Source: Takakia lepidozioides
Lineage: Eukaryota > Plantae > Bryophyta
Direction of reading: 5' to 3'
NCBI GenBank assembly: GCA_030704615.1
Contig: CM060734.1
Span: forward strand, 15,252,001-15,316,000
DNA length: 64,000 nucleotides
The notes beneath the pieces were generated by a model, which was not told where the DNA came from, made no database searches, and saw nothing but the letters and a program-made list of their open reading frames with translations. Shown in pieces: positions 1 to 10,600 of the stretch (position 1 is the stretch's first letter; each line of letters begins with the position of its first letter). The position numbers and the translations under genes are program-made.

Positions 1-3000
1 AGAGGTGTTGTGGTAGCCCGGTAGGTCTGTTTGTATTCTTATTTTCATTTGGCGGAGGATGAGTAGTGTACGCGCAGTGGGGGAATGTAGGCAAGCTTGT
101 GGGTGTAAGGATGACAATGAGTGAAGACCATTGTATTTTTGGGCAAAGAATCTGAGGAGCCCCTGATAGATGATACCAAGGCGCCCATGATCATTTAGTG
201 CTTCTGTCAACTGTGTGCCTAATGTGCGGGCGTACGAAATAATTAATGGGCTTGAGCCAATCCCATGGCTATCGGTTGGGAGTTGCGGTAGGGCATTGGG
301 GGTGTTCACTGGTAAACCGCATACTCGTTTGGTAAGATGAATGATTTTTTTGTCGAGTTTTTTGATATCTGGTAGGGAGAAGGGTGCAGCGTGGAATGCA
401 TATTGAATTTGGGTTTGTAAAATGATTGAATAATTGATAGTTTGGGGCGAATGGCAATTGGGGATTTGAGTAGGGCCAAGCTTTTGTCAGTGAGTTTGGA
501 TGTTGTAGATTCTTTCTGTATGTGCCAAGTGAGAGAAGGTACTAATTGAATTCCTAGATAAGTGTATGGCTCATCCGACCCTAGGAAGGGGAAATGTTTG
601 TTTTGGTAATGGACATATAGTTTACAGTGAGAAACGATGGAGGTTTTAGTGAGTCGACTGTGGTGTGTGACGGCTGTGATAGCACATTTGTGTAGGCTTA
701 GTTCCATGCCTGACCATTGGTTGAATCTAAATAATTTGGTGACTTGTCTGTTTAGATGTTGAGGTTTACGTGCGAGAATAGCGAGGTCATCTGCGTATGC
801 TGCGGCGGAGATGTTGCTTGAAGAGGTTTTGTATTGATAACCTAGCTTGGCACGGGCCAACCATCTGAGTAGGGGTTCCAAGAATACAATGAAGAGATAA
901 GGGCTTAAGGTGGCTCTTTGGATAGTGCCTCGTAATATTGGAATAGGTGGGGTGGAGCCATAATATGCTCCAGAGTACTCTGTTGTACTATTTGTGTAGA
1001 TGTTTCCTATGAGTTGGATGGCATCAATGGGGTATCCAAGATCAGTCATAATAGAGAGTAGTCTTGCGTGATCTAGAGAGCCAAAGGCATTTTAAAAATC
1101 GATATATAGGAGATATATGTCTTGCTTAGTAACTTTGGCATCTTCAAGGGCGGATAGTACATATTGTATTTGTCGGGTTGTACTGCGCGTAGCTTGGAAT
1201 CCTTCTCAGGGGTCACTTAGAATGCGGTGTTGTTCGCCATAGTTGGACAGCATGGTGGTTAGCGTGTTGGTAAATAGTTTGTATATGGTATTGGCTAGAG
1301 CTATGGGTCTATAGTTGCTAAGATCCGTTGGGTCACCTTTTTTAAAGAGTAAAATGGTGCGACTATGCTTCCAGGTGTGTGGTATGCGCTGTAGTTTATA
1401 ACATAGTTGGAAAAATTTAAAAATGAGGTGATGGAGTTGAGGGTCGAGTGCTTGAAGTATAGCGCTAGGTATCAGATCGGGGCCTGGGGCTTTAGATTTG
1501 GATAGTTTTTTAAGACAAGATTCATAGAGGTCGGGTGTAAGGAGGTCGAGGATACGATCGGTGGGGGAGCCTCTATTGTCTATTGAGAAGCCGTCTATGT
1601 CATGCCATGGGTAGTGTTTAGCTTTACACATGCAATGAGCAGTGTGGAGATTGGGATGTAGGCAGTTGGTAACTGTGGGTGTGTAGGTGGAGGATGTTTG
1701 TGACCATATTTCTAGGTTGATATCTTTTGGGTCAGTTAGCAGGTGCCCAAGTCGGTATTTGATGCAGTCGATAGGTGGGTTGAGGGCAGGATTGAAGATG
1801 GCTTTGTGGGCTTTTTTGGGGTGGTCATGTAGTAGTTGGTTAAAGGAGGAGACAATTTTTTTGTGGTTGTCGGTAGCTTTTTGTTTAGTGATGTTGTACG
1901 TGGCTTTCTTGGCATCTCTTCCAACTTTAGAGAGTGCAGCTATCCAGTTAGGAATTTCGTGGGGATTGTTAGGTGGAAGGGTAAGTGATTGGTACATTTT
2001 GAGGGATTTTAAGCAAGTGATGCGGGGATCCATTCTCCAGTTGTTTCGTGGGTGTGTAGTGGTGGTGGTAAGTATAATAGTGAGGGCACGTCTGATCGTA
2101 TGGTATGTGTTGAGATGCGATGTCCATGTGCGTTTTTGTGTGCGAGTGAGGTAGCCTCCATTTTGTTTGGAATGCGGGGTTTGAGGGATCTCAGGAGGGG
2201 CAGAGCACGTGGCAGTGACACTTTTTGTCATTTCTTGCATTAATGTTGTTAGTATGGCCTCAGATTCTAGCCAAGTATTTTCCGGGATGTGGATTAAATT
2301 GGTGTTTGTGAGTATTTCTGAAAGTTTCAATGTAAGGTGTGAGGACATTGGGTGAAAATGCTTTAGGAAAGCAGCTATATTGCGTTGGGGGAGTGGGGAT
2401 AGGATTTTAGCCTGAGGTGAGGGGGCATGCACGGCCGGGATGGGCCGGAAGGAAATAAGGGATGGTGGAAAAGTTACCGAGACAGGATAGTGGTCTGAGT
2501 TGCATAAACTGTCGATATGGACATGGCTATTGAGATATGTAGGGATCTCATTTTGTGTTTTGAGGTAGTAACCGTCTATGAGACTTAGGGAGGAGTAGTT
2601 GAGTCCTCCTTGTCTGGAGTAGTGGTGGTCTGCGGCTATGTATCGGAGGTGATGTGATTGGGTAAATTTTGCCCATTCACGGTCTGATGGTGAAGGGGCT
2701 TTACGTATGCCATTGTATGTATGACCCATGAGGGTGATGTCTCTGTTAAAATCGCTTGCTAATATGAAGTGTTGTGGGTTAGTCAGGTTTTGGGTGAGTG
2801 TGTTGGATATGGTAAGTAAGATTTCTGGGATTAGGGGGAGGTCATCCTCGTGTGATGGCATGTATAAGTGTATGAGTGTAATGGGAGGAAGCGCATGGAG
2901 TAGTAGTTTAATGATTTGGAGATGTGACCTAAGAGGGGAAGCGACCGGTACTTTGATCGTGGTACTAGGGGAGTGATGTGTTCGGAGGATACCGCAGGCA

Positions 3001-4012
3001 ACTCCACCACGAGTGGGATGATATGGGATGGAGCGTCTGGTGAGGCATTGCTCTACCGTATACGCGTTACCGTACAACATGTAGTACGTTGGGAGGAGCT
3101 TGCTTATATAAGAGCTATTAGGTCTTTGTGTATTGAGTTTGGTTTCTTGTAAAAGAATGATATGTGGTGAGGTGGTTGAATGCTGGTGGCAAGTGCACCT
3201 ACATTCCAAGTTGTGATGTTGAGTGAGTGTGCCCGGTAGGAAGGGGCAGTAGGTGGAGGGCTGGGTAGGTGGGGAGAGGTTGGTGGCGGAGTTTGGGTGG
3301 ACCTCTGTGTGTGTGATGCTGATGGTGTGGACGTTGGTGTTGTCATAGGCTTAGGTTGGTATTCGGGAATGCTTACTTTGGCTTGGAGGGTTACAGTGAG
3401 GATGTTTTGTGATAGGAATGGAAATTTGTTAGTGATGGTATCAAGTTCGTGTATGTTTGTAGATGCGTTTGTTAAGTGTTCACTTAATATTTGGTGGACT
3501 TTGCTGGGTTTGGTTTGTAGTAAATGTAGGGATTCGTGAAGGTTATGCAGGAAGTGTGGGGGTGCTAGGTAGTTGTGGGGGTGTGTGGGTAAGTTGTGCA
3601 GTTTTTGTAGAAGTGAGCGTATTTGTGTGTTTGGGTGGGTTGCCAGGTAGTCATTACATATTGATGGGATTGGGGAGATGGGAATGATTAGTGAGAAGAG
3701 AATGTGTTGTTGAGGGTATAGGTGGAGTTTATGAGTGACAGTGACTAGCATTAAGTTTTGGCAGGCAGGGAGTCCAAAAATGGCTATTGGCTGTGTGGGT
3801 GGGCGTGTATTGGTGGAAGAGCTACGGAAAAAGGGGAAGAAATGGTCGCTTAGGTGTTGGTACGCAGGGGCTAGAGTGATTGTGTCTTTTTGGAAATATA
3901 GTTTATATCGTTTTTTGTGGTCCTTTGGTAGGTTGTTAATGATACTGGTGATGGTAGGGGGTCCCGGGTTGGGGTGGATGTCCCCACAACGTAGAACATA
4001 ATTTGTGCGCAT
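1..4012 (-). mobile_element. Non-LTR retrotransposon (LINE) ORF2, APE endonuclease + reverse transcriptase, degenerate; RTE/RTE-X-like; runs off the left edge
   Basis: APE motifs LNITTWNVG, IILLQETKL, ASDFN, SDHYPV (ORFs 3104-4012 and 1206-3209). RT motifs KAPGPD, WKHSRTILLFKKGDP..NYRPIAL, ALEDAK..DIYLLYIDF, RGTIQ..LSPYLF, YADDL (1206-3209 and 306-1049). Several frameshifts and stops. Strong A/C skew on the sense strand. Clade call is from motif resemblance only. Confidence 0.93.
3959..3994 (-). other. 2A/StopGo-like peptide motif LRCGDIHPNPGP at the N-terminus of LINE ORF2
   Basis: ORF 3104-4012 begins MRTNYVLRCGDIHPNPGPP. This matches GD(V/I)ExNPGP except for E->H. Confidence 0.65.
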
Positions 4013-5064
4013 GCTAGTTGGTGGGTCTTGTGGTGGGATGGTGGGTGATGGCGGGAGTGTTTGGATGCAGGTGGCCGGCAGTGGTATCTTCCGTGTGGAC
4101 AGTGGGTTAGGAGGTGTCTATTGAGTGGTCTAGGGATAGGGAAATTTGGGGGCTGATCAATGTATGAAAATATGTGGAGGGCGATTTTTACGACATCGTA
4201 GTGGGTATAGGTGGAGCTGGTTGCTGGCATATGAATGGGTGGGCTAATGGTATTTAGGTTAATGAGAGGGCATGCTGGGCAGTTAGGGTATGGGTTGAGG
4301 GCGTCCTTCGGGTATGAGGTGGGTCTTGGCTTTAGATAAGGGGGGGAGAGGTAGGTGGGTGGGTCCTTTAGATTGAATGTATTCATATAAATGTACGGAT
4401 GGAGTTGGTTGGATGAAGTGTTTCTTTTGAGGGGTTTGTGGCGGGGGTCGGGAGAGCAACATGAGAGCAATCCCGGTGGGGCATGCATGAGGCATTGTGG
4501 GTTGGGGTGATGTGGTTTCATTCAGGGAGGGGGTTGATGGGGTTTGGGCAACAGTTTGAGAGGTGGTAATATGTGGGCAAAGTGATCTAGGGTTGAGTAG
4601 TGCATAGTGAGGACTCGGGGCATACTGATTGGGAGATAAAGCTAATCCACTGTATGGGTATTTGGGGTTGAGGTGTCTGGGGTGCGCCATATTTGATGGT
4701 ATTTTTTTGGCATACAGGTCTTGATATATGCGGGCTGTGCAATACGTTGAGTAGAGGATGGGTGGTAGCTGTTTAGGAGATGACAACGAGTAGAGGATGG
4801 GAGTCGTGTGGTGGTATTTGGGTTAGGAGGGTTTTTTTTTACCCACAAGGTATTGATGAAGACAGGGAACAGTGCATGGGTAGGAATATTTGACATGTAT
4901 ATGCAGCAGATTAGATGAGGGTAGGGATTGTGACGACACAAATCATGGCCTATGGTTAAATTTGGTATGGGCTTTAGGCAGAGGATGGGGATGAAAATGA
5001 CAGGTTGGATGATAGAAGGTATGGATGAGGCCTTCGAATGCATGGCGGCGGGGCGCAGTTTGGG

Positions 5065-5201
5065 AGGTGGCACATTCCCAAGGTAGCGTTTCTGCGAAGG
5101 TAACATTTTCCAGAGGTACCATTTTCCCGAGGTGACAATTTCCTGAGGTGACAATTTGCCAAGGTAGCAATTTCGTGAGGTAGCATTTTCCCAAGGTAGC
5201 C
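5065..5201. repeat. Tandem array of about 8.5 x 16-bp units (consensus AGGTAGCATTTTCCCA)
   Basis: Units read directly: aggtggcacattccca, aggtagcgtttctgcga, aggtaacattttccag, aggtaccattttcccg, aggtgacaatttcctg, aggtgacaatttgcca, aggtagcaatttcgtg, aggtagcattttccca, aggtagcc. Confidence 0.9.
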
Positions 5202-5639
5202 AGTAGTTCTGAGTATCTTGCACAAGAGAGTGGTAATGTGTTGAGTGGCAATCGTTCAAGAAATAGCATGGAAGAGCACTGTGGGGGAGATAACGGTAGT
5301 GAGGCCTGTACATGAATATGTGGATAAATGTATTTTAGATCAATGGTATCGAGGGCAAAGGCCCTTAAGTGACAAATAAGTGTGCTGAAGCAACAATTCA
5401 CAGTTTTTGTAAATTGAACAAATACTTGATCACGATGCGGGAAGAGGTAATTCATAGCAGTGGTGACTAGGGCAGAAGCTCTTGAATGATAGATCTGTGG
5501 GTAGCAGCAATTCACAATACTTTCAGCAAGAGAAAACATTTGATCAGTGAGTGGAGACAGATGTTTCACAACAATGGAGAAATATTGGCATGTTCACTGG
5601 GCATGCGCCCTCTGTGTCGTTGGAGCCCAAGTCCTGCCT

Positions 5640-6112
5640 CCTGGTGGGTCTCAGTTCGCCCGAGCCCCCAAGATGTCTGATAGCCCAGTCACGGACATAG
5701 GCCCTGTCGACCTTCTTCCTTGAAAAGTGAGCCAAAATACTATGCTCCTCCAAGTCGGCCACCCTCTTTTGAAGGTCTGGAACATTCAGTAGAATCAATG
5801 GATAATCTCTGTCGAGCTCTTCCTGGTGCACCCTTGTGCCATTAGACCAATCCCCATCAGTCAGCGGTGTGGAACTGAGTCTCGGAATTTTGAAGAATGG
5901 TTGAAGGGGGGAAATAGGACTAGAAATGAATGTGGGGGGGGTACTCTTACTGGAGCATTAGTCGAGTACTTCCTGGAACGCGCTTGGTGAGCCTGGAAGA
6001 ACCCAGTCCCAGTAGAGGGTTGGGTTCTCCTCTGATGCTGTTGTATGCCTCCGTTGGGGAATCTTGACTCCATTGACTCCTTGTGCTGAGATCTAAAGAA
6101 TCCGGGGGCCAT
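5640..6112 (-). pseudogene. Possible L1-type ORF1 (DUF4283-like) N-terminal fragment
   Basis: Peptide DLQKRVADLEEHSILAHFSRKKVDRAYVRDWAIRHLG resembles the start of plant LINE ORF1. The frame is broken and the resemblance is by eye only. Confidence 0.35.
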
Positions 6113-6419
6113 GACGATAGGGAAATTTAACTGAAGAGAAGGAACCCTAATACTAAACTCCCACCCAAGGACTAAGACTAAGTCAGTGGCGAACTTAGCT
6201 GGCGGTGATGAAGATTACAGAAAGAGGAAAAGTGCTAGACGCCCTGATCAACCCTGCGATTAGTGCTTAAACAGGAGGGGGGGATTAGGGGTAAGTGGAT
6301 GAGAAAGGCGAAAGAGTGAGCCAAGGGAGCCGAGGTATTGGGAGAAGCGGGAAGCGCTGATGAGATGTAGTCTATTAATTAGAGGCGGCTCCAGTACATC
6401 CAGCTGGGGTGCTGAATGT

Positions 6420-6538
6420 GTAGGGTAAGGGCCCCACACAAGGGTTGTGACACGTTTAAGCCACTAGGAACGAGGGCGGGGCCCGAGTGACCAGTGGTGC
6501 AAACGTGTGACGGCCCACGCGTGGGGGCCTTACCCTGC
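6420..6538. repeat. About 120-bp imperfect foldback (MITE-like) with ~48-bp arms
   Basis: Left arm gtagggtaagggccccacacaagggttgtgacacgtttaagccactag; reverse complement of right arm gcagggtaaggcccccacgcgtgggccgtcacacgtttgcaccactgg. Confidence 0.75.
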
Positions 6539-7513
6539 GTAAACGTTCCATGAATAAACTCCCGCCACGTGTCACTTCTTTTAGGCGCCTAGACTTCTTT
6601 CAGGCTTCATCCCCCCACTGCGGCATCTTCTTTGCTTCCCGCTTCCTTTGGTTCGTCTGATCTCGGAAAGATGCTGAAAAGATGCGGAAATGGGGGAATG
6701 GTGGCAGGAGTGGCTTACAGGATGGAACGCCACTCCGTAAATTCCGGTTACGTTCCATAGCATAATTCAACTGCTCCTGGGGGCGTTAGGGTTCCCAGGT
6801 TTAAGCGGACTGAAAATACAAAGGATTTTATTCAAGCAACGTTTACGATTAGAAGAGATGAAAGAGGGAGAAAGCCTTGGGGATGAACTATGGTGAACGT
6901 GCATAGAATTGGATCTTAGATTTACCCTTCCGCTGATGAGCATATGGAAGTGTTGTAGCTTGTTTGACGGAGAAACATGATGGTAATGCTGCCATAGATC
7001 AAGAGCAGCGATGAGAGAAGTCTTATCATAATTGTTCATCTGACACACCCATATCTTTATTGCAAATGAAGCTTTAGATCCCTAAGACTTTAAATCCGCT
7101 CTCAAAAACCCATAGAACGGAAAAAAAGAAAAATATGGGAAAATAGAAAGATATAAATTGCGACCCTAAGAGTCTTAAAAGGGGGAAAATGGAAAGACAT
7201 GAAGTGGACGCGTTGCCAAAGCAAGCGTAACTTATGGTGTCACTTGACCCGGAAGGGCTACTGCCTTCCGGTAGGAAGGTGGACACCTTTTGTAACAACC
7301 AACAGGGTGGTTTGAACCCACAACCACTCGTAAGAGGGTATATGCCCTTACCACTAGGCTACATGTTGGTTGTTGAAGTTATGAAGGCGGAAGATGATAC
7401 GACCGTTGGAGGCCGCGGGGCTCCGCCATCTTATTATTATTTTTTCTGTAAATTCATTTTCTCCCGTAAACAGTATGCGAATAAATTAGGTCAACAAGCC
7501 ATATCCGACGTGA

Positions 7514-7522
7514 AAACCCTAA
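7514..7522 (+). promoter_or_regulatory. Telo-box AAACCCTAA about 110 bp upstream of the dioxygenase ATG
   Basis: Exact motif match close to the likely TSS; short motif, could be chance. Confidence 0.35.
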
Positions 7523-7629
7523 CGCACCACCACAGCACTACTGATCTCTGCTTCACTAAGTGGCTCGCACTGATCTCTGAGTCTGCTCCTCGCCATCTCT
7601 CCTGGAGCACGGAAGTTTGTGCATGGGAG

Positions 7630-10600
7630 ATGAAGGAACCGCCACACACAGCGGTGGAGGCGTTGAGCAGCAGGAAGAGGGTGAAGCCTCAGAGCAATAA
7701 TGGGCAGACCTCCCCTGCCCGCAAACCATCCAGTGAGGATCATGACTTGGCAAAGGAAGCCCTCCCTCGGCTTCTGAAAACTCCAAACACAAGTCACCGC
7801 TCGGAGAATTACGAGGATATGGAGGATTTGGAGTACCCAGCCATGCTTTACAGTGTGATGGAGCAGCACCTTCCCTCCAACTATCTAGGTGCCTCGCGCA
7901 AGAGAAAGGTGTCATTGCTCGAGCGTATATTCGCCAAGTATCGGCCCAATGGCGAGCTAGCAAAGGTAAATCCTAATCAATCTTCAAGTCTTTGTGTGTG
8001 TGCACGTGTGGAACTACGCACCAGGATGAAGTATCGATAAAAGAGGAACCAATGAAAATGGGAAATTTGCTGAAGTAGTTTTCTGAGCATTGTACTTTCG
8101 GGTAAGGGAGTTCTGTTCATGTGGCAAGAGTAGAGAAGTTTTGTGAGCCGTGGTTCTACTTTTGGCAGAAAACTTCATTGACAGAACTCTACCATAACTT
8201 TGGGTTGGCAATGTGAGATTTTCTTTTTAACAAAACTTTGGATAGGCAATGTGAACTTTCCTTTTTTCTTGTGTGTGCGCACTGGTTTCTGGAGTTCATC
8301 CCAATTCAAGTTCGTAATTGATGGTCTTGATAATATATCCTTATATATCTCAATTAATTAAGTGCAACGGTGGGATGAATAACGGGACTTAATCTGATGC
8401 TCTAACATTTCATAGCGATTGGGTTGTTTACCCATGTGGGCTACATCAATTATACCATTAGCCCTAACACTGGCTAGTGGCTATGCTGGTTACAGATTCC
8501 GTGGTAAGAGCATGACAATTCCTTGAGGGGTATGAGCCTTGTTTCTAGCTCTTATTATGGTCACTTCAGAGGTCAGAAAATGAACACATGTTGTTGCCGT
8601 GGTTCTCTTTGACTCGGCATTGGTGGGTCATGAAGCATTGCCATAAAGCCTGCAGATGGTCAAACCCTAATGTACACAATTTGTAGAGAACAAGGAGAAT
8701 AATCTATCATAGGGTAGCATTCAATTAAATCTCCGTCTCTTGCTTTCCAGTCTGTATGCGGGGTTGCTATTGCGTGCCTTGAATCTTCAAAGAGGGAAAG
8801 GAGAGATTTGGCCAACAGGAAACTTGAAATGAGTATTCTTCCATGTTTCCCTTTTGTGTCGCTTTAGGAGAATTTGTCTCAATGATCATGCATAGTTCAA
8901 AAATCAACTGATTGTACTCCAAATGGATCAATCTCTAGAATATCAGTGATGGAATTTCGAGAAATAACTGAGAAATCTTCTTTAAATCGTTAAACTATTG
9001 CAAAATACTAAGCTCTCCGAGTTTCTGCATATTCATGTCTCGTTTGCTCTATTTTAGTGGTCACATGACATGAAATGACAGGCGGTGACATCTCACCTCA
9101 TCCTGTCAGTGTGATAGGTGCCAAACTACTAGGATTTTATAACGATAGTTTTGTTCTTCTGATTGTATGTCGACATTAGCTAGCCATTTTAAACAAATGC
9201 ATTGAACATTTTCTAGTTTTACACGCAGCTTTTTCTGAGATGGAGACCCCCTATCTATGACGTTAATGTTTTCAACAAATGCATTTAACATTTTAGAGTT
9301 TTACATAGAGCATTTTCTGAGATGGAGGCCCCCTAGCTATTACGTTACTGATGCCCCATTTGTAAGGCTCACTTTGTGCATTTTTTTTGAAGAATTTCTA
9401 GGTTGTTTGTTTGGACAGGGAAATTAAGATTACCAGGTCTGTAATTTGTTTTGGTTGCTTATCATTAGTTTCCTTCCTCTCCCATGTGTCCTCCACCCTC
9501 TTTCCTCTCTCCCTCTCTCGGTCTCGGCCGCCCTCTCTCCCTCGGCCACGAGCTAGTTTCATTATTTACTTCGGAGTGCGAAAAGCGATGAAGCACTTCA
9601 TGTTATGTTACGTTACGTTGAGAATGAGGAGGTTCTGAAGAGAGAGTGCTGTTTGTGGGTGCAGAAACACCGGGAGTACAGAGAGAGAATACGTCATAAT
9701 TACCAGGTTTGATCTCAAATTTGAATTTTGTCATGCACAAGGAAGTGCATTCATTTGTTGGCGTAGAGAGATAAGTGCATCAGCCTTCAATATTAGGCCC
9801 CATGTACAAACTGTTTATACCAAAACCATTGTAAACCTGGGAGGGTAGGAGACCATGAATGTACATTCAGATTTCAAAGGCTTAGATAACCAGTTATCCT
9901 CAGAGTGGTTGACATGCATCGTGTACGATTGTAGATACAATGTGTACATGTACCTTCAGAATAGCACAAGAGTAGCCATGATGGACTAAGCACAGATGAT
10001 GCATAGTCAATCATCAGCACAATGTCAATCAACAACAAACTGCAAAGGAGTATGAGGAACCTCAGATATTAACCTCTCACAACTGCTATCAACTCTACTG
10101 TGGTTGTAATCTTAAACCTGTTGCAAAAGGTTTTGGGGACTATTTGTCTGTGGACTATCATACGTTTAAACTTCTTAGTAAGGTGAAACCCCGCTTACTC
10201 CCATCCCAACATAGCCCCAAATAGCTGGCTTCAATAGCTTGACCTAGTTGTCATCCATGGACACCCAAAAAGAAGCATAAGGATGATACTAGTTTAAGTG
10301 AAAAGTTAAACAAGCAGCACACCATTGTAGGGTTCTACCAATAGAAAGATACATGTAGAAATCACCTTCCCCAAAGTTGACATGTAGAGTTATCCCCTTC
10401 CTTGCCGGTCTCTACTAACTAAGGCCATCTTTGCCCACTGGTGTTACTTAGCTTCTCTCAGCGCAGCCCCCCTTCTGTTCACAGCTCCTCTCCTAGTACA
10501 GTACAAGACTGAAAGAACGCCGAACTGATAGCTGGAAATTCCACATCCTTTTCAAGTCTTCATAATTAAGTTGACATACGGAAGGTTCTATAAAAACTTA

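Noticed and set aside
4283-5569. Several 170-220 aa overlapping ORFs as a LINE ORF1 or host genes
   Set aside because: Pro/His/Thr-rich products of the A/C skew and the 16-bp array; no recognisable domain.
7234-7629. N-terminal extension of the dioxygenase from the long ORF 7234-8040
   Set aside because: No family similarity; it looks like promoter/5' UTR (poly-T tract, telo-box). ATG 7630 fits the expected protein length.
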